Shown: positions 24,083 to 36,488, numbered from the stretch's first letter. The stretch is DNA of 64,000 nt from Oikopleura dioica (GCA_907165135.1 OU015567.1:14012001-14076000); one strand, 5' to 3'. Program-made: numbers and translations. The notes: generated from the letters alone by a model not told the origin.

Positions 24083-24697
24083 TTTAGATCTGAACTCGAA
24101 CTTCAAAGATGATGATGATGATACCGCATAATTATTTATGTTAGATAATAAAACTTTTGACACAAGTTAAAATTAAGTTTGTACGGCATTATTTTCTTGT
24201 CATTGTTCAGATGCGATTGCAGTTTCAATAAGCACAATCGTTGCAATTTCTAAGAAAAAAATATTTGCATCCTTGAACGCTGGTGCTCTTGGTTTGGGTG
24301 CAGCGTAATCACATAATGAGATGTCGGGCTTGGAAGACTTGCCAAGTTAAGTAACCGTGAGCTGGCTTCGATGAACCGCCCAAATCCGAATTACATGTCA
24401 TTATTTCCCGTAAGAAGTATCATTCCATTTTCCAACGCGATCAGTTTAAAAAGAAAACTATAAAAGTTTATTATTAATAAAAATGTACAGAGTGATGAGG
24501 TTTGAATTTACAGGACAATTACTGCAGATTTTTTTCTTTGTTCAAAGTTCCTTCTCGGAAACGGAGAATTTTCCAAAGCGGGAATGTGCAGATTTTTAAT
24601 CAGGTAGAGTTTTTTGTCATTCCAGCGCTTGTTGAAAACGCTGGATTCTTACTGCTGGTTTTATAAAATCATTTCTATGTACAGTCGACTTAGTTTC

Positions 24698-25118
24698 CTA
24701 AAGTCGATCTTTTCGCTTGCTTCGTCGATTGTTGACTCTGATTCCAGCGCTGCCGCCGCGGACCTAAAATTCAAAATTATTATTTGTTGAAATTTTCAAA
24801 CGAGAAAACGCTGTCGGAAGCAGTACCGCTTATCATCGCGAAAAAGCTATCAATTTCCGCTGCGCTTCCTCTCTACCCAGCTACTTGCTAATTTAAATGT
24901 CGAATCGGTTTACTTACCCTGGTAACGGCCTCAAGCTCCGCCGCGAGGAATGCTTCCAAGTCTTCTGTCGTCCTCGTTCTTGCCTGCTCGCCAACAACTG
25001 CTCTGATGAATTCACTGGGTCCGCTCGACCGGGCGCCAGCGAATTGCCCGTTGAAGCAGTTGTGACGATTCTGGCGACCGCGGAAGGTCACCAACTCGGG
25101 GTACTCGTTCGTGTTCAT
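24698..25118 (-). CDS. Small two-exon protein (about 88 aa), unknown
   Basis: AT-rich acceptor TTAATTCAG just upstream of the ATG. Exon 1 ends AVTR|GTAAGT; phase-0 exon 2 reads VRGGSAGIRVNNRRSKRKDRL*. GC-rich, coding-like composition. Confidence 0.55.
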
Positions 25119-25663
25119 GTTATCGGCTGAATTAATAATTCATTTTCGAGTCCTTATCTCGGCGAAAGAATGATAAAACAACAAATGCGGCTTCAAAGAG
25201 ATAAACACGTGCTGATGTTTTAAAGACGGGTCAATAAAAACAGCGAAAGTTTTTATCGAAAAACTGAAAAAATAAAAGAAGAATTCAAGTGTTTTAAAAG
25301 GGCGTAACGGGCCAGTTCCGTTTAACTTCTAATAACTGGTTGAACAACAGCAAGAACTAAAGAGGTAAGGGCAGAGGCACTTACTTTAAGAGTGAAAGGC
25401 TCTGAAAAAGAACTTACAGTGTGGTCCGAGGACAAAGCCCCTGAATAGGGAGAGTGTTCTCGACGTTGTTGCTCCCTATCCTAGGGTTAGGGTAAAGGCT
25501 CTAAGTAAGAGTAAGGATAGAGTAAGGGGCAGCAGGATAACCCCCTTCTACCTCATTGAAAAGGGTTCGTCTAAGGGAAATTGAGTCTTTTGAGCAACAA
25601 CAGCTTTTAAAATAAGCACTTCCACAAACATATAAAACGTTCCCCAAAACATTCTCAAGCCAT

Positions 25664-28600
25664 TTAAAGTTTCTTAGAGAAACAACTTTGTTGCGCTGTC
25701 CCCAAACAAACATAGAGGTAATGCAACATGTGACATGTCACACGTTTCCTTATTCTCATGAGAATAGTGAACTGAGAATACAGTGCTTTTTGAAGACAAG
25801 TTTGAACGGAACTGAGATCGTTGGAAATCAAGAGAGTGATTTTCTGCTTATCGAATTTATGTTTACTCCAGCCTCGCGAATTTGGAGTACTTGGGCAAAC
25901 CACTTTGGGGAATGTGTATTAATCTTACCAATGAAAACAAAAGAGTTCTCGTCCTCGAGGTCGTTCTTCCAGAGTTTGTTTTGAATGAGGATCTCATTGT
26001 TATTCTGGTAGAAGTTGAAAAACTTGGCGTTCCAGAGCTGCAAATTCCCGCGATTGCGATTGCTGGAGAATCGGATCAGGATTGACCAGGAACCGTTTGC
26101 AAGTTCATCTTTTTTTCAGGCTTTTGCAAAGTCATCATTTTAAGGGGGAGGTCGACGAGAATCGGGATTTTTTCAACCAAAATTCCGGAAAAACTAGCTT
26201 TGAATGAAAAATTCTGATTGGTCAGGTGAGTAGGAAAGGGTTTGAAAAATACAGCGGCGAAAACTAGAAAAAATTTTGTCCAGAAAAAATGGGCGTAATC
26301 GTGTCTCAAAGTGGACCCCAAATCGCAATTTTGGCAATTTTGCGATTTTTTCGCTATTTTTTTATGCCACATTTGGTAATGAAGTGCACGAAATTCCTGC
26401 AAAAACTCGTGAAACTCGTTGCCGCTGTCTTCTAAATACCCTTCTGTTCTCACCTGATAAGTCAAAATATGTTTACAGAATCGGGCTTTTCGGGAAAATT
26501 GGTTTAAAAATTCCGATTCTCGTCGACCCGCCCCTTAACGGAGAAAAACAGCGTCGATTTTTAACCAATCAAAAATCCGTGTTTGGCCTACAAGCCAATC
26601 AGCGGCCGATAAATTTTAAAGGACGATGAAAAAGCCTTTCCTGGAATAGTGACTTTGGCGGCAAAGCCATAATTGACATGATGAGCACCAATTCTCCACG
26701 AATCAATGATCGAAAGTCTTGCTCCTTCTTGGCAATCAAGGGGCGCGGGACAACCCCGCGGAGGAACGTAAGGGTCAACGTTGAGGTTTGTCTCACATAC
26801 GTACTCTGACGCTTGTCGACCGCCCAGTGGCGCTTGAAGCTCCGAAATCACTGAATACTAATTAAAGCTTTTATTCAATGAGTTTTTATTCTACCTTTTG
26901 TGGCGTCGTATTCGCAGATGTATCCCATGCCAGCATTGTCGCGAACTCTGCCGGAAGACGTGCTGCTGCATTTCGCGTCGTTGTACACATTTCCTAATTA
27001 AAACGATTAAATTTGCACTTTATTCCACCCCGAGTTAAGAAACTGGGGGCGCAATTTTTCTTCAGTTTCTAAAGAACTTGAATTTCGCCCTCACCCTTCA
27101 TTCTTATGCATCTTTCTTCGCCAGTGGCGTCGTTTGGCTCTGGAACATCTTGGTTTGAGTGACGATCCCAGGGAGCATGGAGGACGTTATTTCCGTCGAT
27201 GTCTGTAAGAAGGCCGCCGGATTCAGTCATACCGAGCCAGAAGGCGTGATTGGCGCAGTTGGTCATTTGGACGAGTTTTTATGCTCTGAAGATTTTAGTT
27301 TATTTATGTCTTTGAAGTTATTAAGTTTTGAAAGTGGGGTTATAATCATATAATATTGAGAGGTTCACTTCATTTTTACAAAGGATCTGATCTTCAAACT
27401 TAAAAGCAAGTGCCCATCAAGGATAAAATGGCAAGAACATAACGGAAAAGTAATTATCACCCAGAAGTTTTAATCAATAATATTGTTGACTTTCCAAAAC
27501 AACGGTATTACAACCTCTTGGATGGAAAAACCAATTAGCACTGTTTTTGATAACATGATTCGAAGCAAAAAGAACTTATGTTCCTGATTAGTTTTTCATG
27601 TTTTACCAGCTCGAACAGCTGTTCAAAATAGACTACGCTGGCGAATAAGCTTTTCATTAGAAAAAAATATTAAAAGTCATTAATAAATTTACTATAGTAG
27701 GTTTTCCAGCAAAAATTGCTTTACTGTAATTGACAAAAAAAAATAATAAAAAAGTTTGAATAGCACGTGAGTTGTCTGAAAATCCGCAAAAGTTTCGGTC
27801 GCAAAGAATAATTGGTTATTGGCGATGAGGTTCGGTCAAATTTTAACTTGGTGAAAAAATATTATCGCAACAATTCTTGATTCCAAAATTGCAGTTTGTT
27901 CAAAGACTGTTACCGTTCTAAAAACAACGGGGAAGAAGATATGTAATTTACCTTTCACATCATCAATTATGACCAAATCCCAGCCACTTCCACGATCTTG
28001 GCAGCTTTGCCGAGCGTCTTCCCAAGTATAATCGCCGCTTTTCGCCGGTTATCGAGAATAATTCTTCAATTTTTACACTTTTAAGGACGAGTAGCTTGGG
28101 AAGTATTTTTGAAGAATCTGAATAACCGCTCCTTTGCGAAATGAAGTATCTGTTATCTTCTGGCAGCTCGTCTTCGGCACGTGGCGCGCAACTGTCAGCA
28201 TCTAAATCGATGGATGAGACGGTTAACTTTTTATCGTAAAGTTAATGTTGCACTTTTCTAGTGCAAATCTTATCAGACACTATCTTAGCTTTACTTGCAC
28301 TCATTTATGACACCTCATCCTTTTTCGAGAACGAAATCAAATAGGATAGTAAATAAGAGGCTACTTAATCAAACCTAGCTGAACAAGGACATTCCTTTGG
28401 TTGTTGACACCCTTAATCAAACAACTTACATGCATGTCTTTCGCAGATGTATCCAACTCCAACGTCATTTTCATCGATTCCACTCCAGTAGTTTTTGCAC
28501 GGGACTTCCAGTAACTCGTCTCCAGCCCACTGAGCGCATTCAAATTTCGCGCTGCTGTCGCTATTGGCCGCCCAGGAAAGAAATCCTTCAGCTGCTCGCT

Positions 28601-29300
28601 TATGTACAGTTTCTTTGTTCTTGTAGCCGAGCCAGAAGTTTTGGGAGTGGGCGCAATTACTCTGAACAATGTTACGAACATAGTCGAACTCACCTTTTTT
28701 CTCGAAGACAGCGAGGTCCCACTCGCTTCCGAGCTCCTGGCACATGTCACGTGCTTCGTGCCACGTTCGTGATTCGCCGGAAGAGAGGGAAGTGACCACG
28801 TGATATTCAGAGGAGGTCAGGCTTGGTCGATCTGCGCTGGGGATGCAGACAAATGGCTCTTCTGTTGTTGTCGTAGTTGTTGTCGTTGTTGTTGTGGTTG
28901 TCGTTGTGGTTGTCGTTGTGGTTGTCGTTGTAGTTGTTGTTGGAGCTTCCGTTGTTGTTGTGACAGGTTCAGTGCTGCAAACATACTTGGTCTTTCTTCC
29001 ACATCTTCTGTTTACAACTTTAGCCTTTCTGTCGATAAAGGTACATCTGTCCTTTTTATCCCTCCCAGCGACAAGATACTTCGAATTGCCTTTGATTTCC
29101 GCCGCGATCTCTTCTTTGTTCTCGGCTGTTACAACCACGAGTCCTTCGTCTCCGCATATTTGGTAGATTTTGGAAGGCACTTCTTTCGTGTTGTGCAACT
29201 TGAAATCGGCTAAAAAAGGGGCAATTAGTTCCGTTCCCTTCAAATAATTCACTCCATTATTAAGAGTCATCAGATGACAGAACTCGGTCTTTAAAACGAC
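25664..29300 (-). CDS. Multi-domain protein: degenerate C-type lectin, poly-Thr linker, two C-type lectin domains, CBM2-like carbohydrate-binding module
   Basis: CTL motifs TWHEARDMC..WDLAV..FWLG..ECAQW..VPC..GYICE and YTWEDARQSC..WDLVI..FWLGM..EPND..ERCIRM..YNDAKC..GYICE. Thr run at 28864-28963. C-terminal SWRIGAHHVNYGFAAKVTIP..NGSWSILIRF..QLWNA..NKLW. Needs two GA-AG introns and one apparent frameshift near 27278. Both ends are approximate. Confidence 0.8.
26140..26538. mobile_element. Non-autonomous DNA transposon (MITE), about 50-bp TIRs, TTAA-flanked, inside an intron
   Basis: Left TTAA|GGGGGAGGTCGACGAGAATCGGGATTTTTTCAACCAAAATTCCGGAAAA; the right end reverse-complements to TTAA|GGGGCGGGTCGACGAGAATCGGAATTTTTAAACCAATTTTCCCGAAAA. 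Confidence 0.85.
28864..28963 (-). repeat. Coding microsatellite (ACA/ACG/ACC) encoding a poly-Thr, mucin-like linker
   Basis: TTTTEAPTTTTTT...TTEE within ORF 28413-29270. Confidence 0.95.
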
Positions 29301-30084
29301 CGCAGATGTCCTAAATTGAAGATGGGCCTAATCCTTAGGCCCTAGGGCTAGCATAATTTCCTCTGGGCCGTTAAAGATGACGGAGGAAGTTCGATCTGGG
29401 GTTAGATAGTCTAAGATAGGAGTAAGGGGATAGCTGCGAAAGCAATTTACCAGGAAGAATATTCTTTTTAGTTTTGTATGAAGAAGGCTAGAGCCTCAAA
29501 GAAAGAGTATTGTTTTCGTCATCGAAACCCCCGATAAGTAAAAAAGTGGGGTGCCGTTGAAGGACCCCGTCAAAATAGAAGCGTCAGCAGTAAGACACAA
29601 ATAGCGGGTTAGTTGAGCTCTCTCAAGATTGTTTTGATCGGGGCGTAAGCTGGAATTAAACAACAAGATCGCCACGTATTCGGAAATTATCTATTTTGCA
29701 TTAGAACCGATTCCCGTATGTTTATGTGTATAAAAGGGGAGTCCCGTTTTGATTATAAATTTGCCACGGTAGGGCAATAAGGTCAGTTAAAGAAAAAGAA
29801 AAAAAAAACGTTGTTTTAAACAAAAAGAGCTATTGACGAAGAAAAACTGTTAAGATCAAAAAGTTCAAGCTAAAAAGCGTGTTCAAAGTGTCGCTAGTAA
29901 TTTTCTGTCTATATTAGAGTTTTGGAAACAGAGATTTATGAGCTATATAAAACAGCTTGGCGCGTAAGCGATAACTGAATTTCCACCACAATGAGGTAGA
30001 AAGCCTGATAAAATTTTAGACAAACTGCTCCACCTAAATCACTTCGGTTTTTTTTATCGAGGTTGAACATTAGAAGTACTGGCT

Positions 30085-30365
30085 TAAAATAGGTGACTGC
30101 CTTAATCGTCGTTAAAACGTTGCATCGGACTGCTTTAGTCGTCGCTAAAACGTTGCATGGGCTGCCTTAATCGTTGTCTGACTCATCTTGCCTTTTTCAA
30201 TTTCAAGATAGGTAGGCGCGCGCAACCAGCGCTTTCAGAGTGTTTCTAGACTTTCCAGATTCTCCCAAGACGACGATTAAGGCAGCCCAATGCAACGTTT
30301 TAGCGACGACGATTAAGGCAGCCGATGCAACGTTTTAACGACGATTAAGGCAGTCTCCTATTTTA
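30085..30365. mobile_element. Foldback-type element: long inverted arms built from about 35-bp tandem subunits
   Basis: Left arm TAAAATAGGTGACTGCCTTAATCGTCGTTAAAACGTTGCATCGG.. (about 3 units) mirrors the right arm ..GATGCAACGTTTTAACGACGATTAAGGCAGTCTCCTATTTTA. Confidence 0.8.
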
Positions 30366-31280
30366 TTAAATTTGATTCACGGAGGCTATGCTTTTTGAAT
30401 AAAAATTCTTGAAAACACGTCCTTCAAATCATCTCCGTTTTCTTTGACAGGAAATATGCGGCGAAAATGCCCTTTTGTGAATTGAGATACAGTTAAATCC
30501 AGATTTTGGACGTCGAATCTGCGGCCATTTGTTAAGATTTAGATAGACTTTATTTTACCAAAGAGCACTTTTGAATCCACTACCTCAGATTATGCATCAC
30601 TTATCCATAAAATCAACCTCATAGAGAATTATAAAAAAGTGCTTCTCAGGAAAAAAATCCCTTCGAAAATTAATGGCTAGCTCAGAAAACACGTAAATTA
30701 CATATTGATTTCGTCCGTAACGGATGCGTCTCAGAACTTAATGATATGGATATTTTATGGGAGAAATTATTCTTGAGGTCTAAGGAAGATTCTAGTGATA
30801 AAATAGGTCTAGCATGAGAATTAAACTCAGATTTTAATGAATAAAATTTTTATAGAATTAATATTTTGATTTTTTCTGCTCTTTTAGGCTTTTGAGTCGA
30901 AAATTTTGATGGAAAAATGGGGTAAGGGTTTGGGTTAGAGTAGAATTTTTCAATAGAAAAAAGAGATTTTGAATTAGATTTTTTAGCAATAAACGAACCT
31001 GCAAGTGTCGACGACAATAAAGTAGGCAGAATCTTCATCTCTTAATCTTTTTCTTCAGACTTTCAAAAAACTGTATTTTTACTACGCCAAGATAAAATAA
31101 GAAGACTCAAGTTAAGATCCAACGTATCTCAGGATCGTACAAAATTTCTAACTGAAATCGTGAGTACGAATTTCACCGCCGCTGCAAAAGTTCAGAAAGA
31201 GAGCGCCGTAAAGCGTAAAAATGAGGGCGCTCCGACCACCGAAAATCGCGCACGGAGAAAGATCAACTCAGCGCTTCGTG

Positions 31281-31299
31281 GGGTTAGGGTTAGGGTTAG
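31281..31299 (+). repeat. Short interstitial (TTAGGG)n-like tract
   Basis: GGGTTAGGGTTAGGGTTAG. Shorter tracts occur near 25483 and 3776. Confidence 0.6.
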
Positions 31300-32921
31300 A
31301 TGGCTTTTTAAAGGAAAAGGAAAAAATAGTAAATTAATCTTTGTCTTCTTAAATATTCTCCTGCCCTCGTTTTTGAGATTCGAACTGTTAGAATGGCAAA
31401 AACTAGGAGAGTCCAGGAGTTATTCCCAAAATAACGGTTTTTAGCGCGATGCTTTGGTTTTTGAGAAATAAATTGGATTCTGAATCGGATCATTGAATTT
31501 AGCTATTAACTGGGACGTTTCAAGAGATAGAATTTAAGTTTTAATCCCTCGTAAATAAATTTTTTTCTCGCTCCATTTCGCAGAATTTTCTTTCAAGAAA
31601 CTGATCTTTTCATCCATTTCTATCATCAATAAGAAGCAGCAGATTTCGAGTCTTAAAGATTTTGAGATTTTGACCTCTTGGTAATCCTGAACGTGATTTC
31701 TTTATAACGTGCCCGGATTTAACAATCGTTTCTGACATTTTGTTGATTCCACTAAAAATAAGATAATAATTTCCTCTAACAAAATGGTCGTTCGGTAATT
31801 TGAGCGGAAGAAAATCGCGATTTTTAATTTAAAAATTTACTTTAGACCCCAAAAAAGAGAAACGAGAATTTCTGGCGTCATTAAAAGTGTTTATTTCGTA
31901 GCCCAGCTTGTCTGGATCCGTATTTCTAGCGCATCCTAATCCCTTCTACCCACGAAACGGCCCCTAAAATGACCGGTTGATAACAAGCATCAAAACACAT
32001 TACGGGTGCTGTTATCGCCAGATTTATCTAGCGCTGTTTTTGTTTGTCGAAATTCTAGCGATCCGAGATCTGAAAACAAATTGGCATCCTTTCTCGAAGA
32101 AGCTGAAACGCACAAAAATTGGGTCCGTTGAACTTGTTTATCAAGCTGCTTGAGCTTTCCAGTTTTTTTTACAAGTAATTAAAATTCGAGGCACAACTCC
32201 TTTGCTCGCCCTCTGCCCAGGATAATGAAGTGAATTCTAGCGTCCTCAGTGTATAAATTATATAATTCAGCTTTTTTTAGCCCAAGTTTGACGTTTCATC
32301 AATTAAGTGATGATCTTTTTTCAGAGAAGCTTGGTTGGACTAAATTTGTAATTGTAAAATATCCACGTGAAAACTTTCCAGAGCAGATTAAAAAGCATGA
32401 AATAAGCACCACGATTTCAGCATGAAATTATCGATAAAAGCGACCCGACATGGCCCTTTACGTGGTCCTGGTTAGCGAAATTGGGACTGTTTTGACTACT
32501 CTTTTGTTTGTAGTTCTTTGCTAATTGTAACAAGGCGCCCGTAACGGAAATCCATGTTTGATAATTAAGACCTGTTTATTTTCTGTTCACCTTTAGGCTC
32601 TCTAAGGGCCTCACCACCATTAAATGAAAACAAGAGACAATCAGCTCAATTTGATGGCAAAATAATTGCGAACGTTGCTTTCAAAGCTCCTTATTTTAAA
32701 AATACGATCAACTAAACATAATATACCATGCAGAAGAACAATTCAACGTGGGAATGACTTGGAGCCACTGTATAAGCGACAACTGGTTATCAGAGAGAAA
32801 ATAACCGTCTGTGTTGACAGCAAAGATTTCTAAACAAAGGTTCTGAGCGTTTTTTCATGTATAAGATAAAAGACAAATATTTTCGAGAAATTTATTTAAT
32901 AATTTTTTGACTGATCCAAGC

Positions 32922-33620
32922 TTAAGGGATCCCCCCCCCAATTTCGCCAACTTTGACCTCTATCTACTTTTTTTTGAGCTCACGTAGGAAGCTGGTTTTG
33001 GGTGCATTAGAAAGCCCGCTTCGAAAGGAGCAAATTCTGGTAGAATCAGCTTGCCAGCATAACATTCGCCTATGCATTACAGGCCGTCAAAGTGATTAAC
33101 ATTTTGAAAAATGGCCATTTTAGGTCATTTTCAAATCGTATCTACTTTTTTTTGGGCGTTGTGATTCAAGATTTTTTTGGTTTATCTAAAAGTATAGACG
33201 CTAATCTTAATTTTTTGGTAGAATCAGCATGATCGGATTAGTGAATAAAAAAATTCTAGTTGTAAAACTTTTCAAAACCATTTTTGGCGTTATTTGGGTG
33301 TTAGAATGCTCTCTAGCGCCAACAATTGGCCGAAAATTCTAAAGCGGTTATTATATTCGTAATCTTCACATTCTAAGCTTTCGAAAGAGCCCTTGTTTGT
33401 GTTATTTCGATGACAATGAAAAATCGAAAAAAATTGCGATTTTCACGCTAAGTACAATTTACATGCATTTTCCCGAACTTTGGGAACCAAAATTTCGGAG
33501 ATGCATCTATGTAAAGGGGTACTATCATATATCAAAATGATCCTCAGAATACGAGGAATCTAATCATAGGCGATAATGACCGGTGCCAAAGGTTTGAAAA
33601 ATCGGGGGGTGATCCCTTAA
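32922..33620. mobile_element. MITE, about 700 bp, TTAA-flanked
   Basis: Left TTAAGGGATCCCCCCCC, right GGGGGGTGATCCCTTAA. Internal direct repeat CTACTTTTTTT..GGTAGAATCAGC occurs twice. Confidence 0.8.
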
Positions 33621-34501
33621 ATAATTGTCTTCTTGTTGCTGTTGATTTAAGGGTACTACCGTCGATTACCCCAATGACCGGTTATGTTAAAGTTTTCATC
33701 GGAAATGAATTCCTCATAAAATTTTGACCAAAAAAGGTCCGAACGTTTCATTCATAACGTCAAGCGTTTTCATAATAATTAGAGTTTTAATTGATTTCTG
33801 TACTAGAAAGAATTTTTTCGGAAAAAATTTTTGGTGTCCGATACTTTCAAATAAGCGCTCGTTTTGAAGCTCAGAACAAGATGAGGACTATGGTGAGATC
33901 ATTAATTCTTGAACTAAGATATTTTAGCTTCTAGAAGACAAAAACAAGAAGGATGGAAAATATAAAAAGGTAAAAAATAAAATATATTTTCTATCCCTTT
34001 ATTTTTTTCATTATCGTTTCATTTTATATTTGGAGTCTTTCATTTTCCTCTGGCCCTTTTATACCCCTTATACCTAAAGTGGAAACATCTGGACCAGATG
34101 ATCATACAGTAATTGACTATACACAGCTGCGATGTGTGTTCACCTTTTACCTCTTTTATGATCAAAGTTTGATCTTATTCTTTTCGAACATCAAAGATCC
34201 AATCTAGATCTTATGTTGACTTCCAAAACATAAAATTTATGTAACAGTAAAGAATAAAAAGCCTTTATCTAATTCGTAAAAACAGTGTCACGTGCGGGTT
34301 CAAAAAGTCAACGTGCAATTTGCTACTCAAGCATCGACGAGAGTATTTCGGGTTAATCGATATCAGATGACCCCGGAGGAAACCTTCCAATCATTACGAC
34401 TGCTGCTCCAGAGGTCATAAACAATTCTCACGAGTCTTTGGAGATTTTAAGTCAGATAGGCATTTAGAAAAAAGCTCCCATTTAAAGGTTTTTAGTCAAA
34501 A

Positions 34502-34730
34502 TTAAGGGACCCCCAACTCATTTTTCGGGGTAAAAATTGGACAGAAAAAAGAGCAATTTCAAAAAAGCATCCAATTAGTTTTTGGAAAGAACTTATGTCA
34601 AACAAAGACGTGTTCGGGCTGAAAGTTGATTTGAGGAAAAAGAAAACGCCTGCTGCATTGAACAATGTTTTTCGCAAAAAGTCGAAAACAACCAAGTTTT
34701 GAATTCCATCGTCACCAAACATCCTGCCGT
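34502..34730. mobile_element. Possible truncated TTAA-GGG element
   Basis: Starts TTAAGGGACCCCCAACTC, resembling the 32922 terminus. No matching right end found. Confidence 0.35.
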
Positions 34731-35743
34731 TGAATTCTACAGCTCGTCACTCTTCCTTTCAAAATAACTGGAAACAAACACTTTCCAGGCATTTTTCTAT
34801 CAAGATTTTGGATCTACTGACAGTAGTTCATGAGTTCAAAAAAAAGGTTGACGTTTATAAAATTCACTTGCTTCGAGCGTAACATATGCGAGAAAATGTT
34901 TTACTCGAGACATACTAAGCAACATCAAGAGCTGGAAAAAGAAAGAAATTATAAAAAAGCCTTTTAGATTTTAAAATTGAAAGAAAGGAGTTTTGGCGCA
35001 AAGAAAGTCTGGAATATTATTTTAAACCGAGTAAGCCTGTTACGTCTCACTATTTTTGAATAGCCGACTAAACTGATTCTGCTTCAAAACTTCAAAAGTA
35101 TCAAAATTTGATACGTGTCCGTGTACTTCCAATTCTTCGAAAAACGCGTGAAATTTGATTTTAAAGAGTATCTTGTTGGGATTATGATAACCAGAGCAAA
35201 AACGAATGGCGGTCAGCAGAGGTGTAAGATCGCGGCGCTGAAGCTGAGTTGAACAGCGTGTCGTTAGCGGCGGCCATTATCGCTTCAGCTGAAGTTCTAA
35301 ATTGGCAACAGAGAGGTCAACTATCTAGCAAGACGTAAGAGCCCGCCGCAAGAGAGAGTATGAATAATGCGTACTCGTTCCTCAATCGCAGCGGTCAAAT
35401 TTCAATTGATAATTTTTGCAAACGCAGATTTTTTTGAAAATTAGAAGCGTGATTTCGATAGAGCGAATAAACAGTTAGGACTTGTTCTAAATCAAAAATG
35501 GCGAGAGTTTATAAATATTCACACAGGAGAAATTGATTCAATTACTTTGAAATATCAATATTCAAATCTTGACAAACTCAACCAAAATTTATAATCATAG
35601 CAGATGAAAAAGACAGAGAAGCAAAATTAAGTTTTTACCACTTCGAATTTTTTTAAATCTAGTTTTATTGCAAGGCAACGTCTTCCAGTCAATTTTGCTT
35701 TTACTCCAAAATTTGACCTTTCGCACTTTTTTCTCCTAATTTC

Positions 35744-35910
35744 TTCGCCTAGGCGAAATTCAAGGCGAATTTTCATTTTCGCCTTGTCGCCTAGCTTCGC
35801 CTAAGGCACCAGTATGAGACTAGGCTAGGCTAGGCTAGGCGAAATTTGAAGAATTCGCCTAGCCTAGCCTAGCCTAGCTTTTTAGGCGAATTCGCCTAGG
35901 CGATTTCGAA
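35744..35910. repeat. Palindromic element with (CTAGG)n/(CCTAG)n arms and TTCGCCTAGGCGAA ends
   Basis: CTAGGCTAGGCTAGGCTAGGCGAA-spacer-TTCGCCTAGCCTAGCCTAGCCTAG, flanked by self-palindromic TTCGCCTAGGCGA at both ends. Confidence 0.8.
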
Positions 35911-36488
35911 CCTTGGTCAGGAGGGAAATATCTTGCGGAAGACAAAACACGTAAGCAAATAAAATTATGTATAAAAATCCCATTAGTCTATTCCTCCAAA
36001 GAGTATTAGATATCAATATCCAGGAAATTACGTGCTCACAAAAGAATTTTACGTGTACGCTAGTATTTTGCCTAAATGAAAACTTCACCAAATATCAATA
36101 AAACGCGCTTCTCCCATATTTATATTCCGAATTCAGCGAAAACTCATTCAGCGACGTGGTTTTCTTCTGTTTCAACTTTGAGCTTGCTTTTTCCCTCAGC
36201 TCGGTCAGGTTCGCGGTCGACGGGTTTATTAAAAATACGCAAAAGATTCTAGCTAACTTCGAATGCTCCAATAAGGAACTTGAATGTAAGAAAGAGCGGT
36301 ACTTCTATGAACGGATTTGCAGCGCGTAAGTCGCTTGATCTTTGTTTAGAAATTCAAAGAGCCGTTATCCGTCGCGACTCTCAATTTTAGTATCCCCTAC
36401 TCAGAGCGCTTAGATCCGAGGAGCTGGGTTTCGAAGGGGTCAAGATAGTGTCAGAAAAAATGCCCTAAAATAAGGAACCTCTCCGGAA

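Noticed and set aside
28800-29213. Poly-Val, Cys/Arg and Gln-rich ORFs
   Set aside because: Other-frame readings of the poly-Thr microsatellite.
31281-31299. TTAGGG tract as a chromosome end or fusion scar
   Set aside because: Only about three units, with no subtelomeric context.
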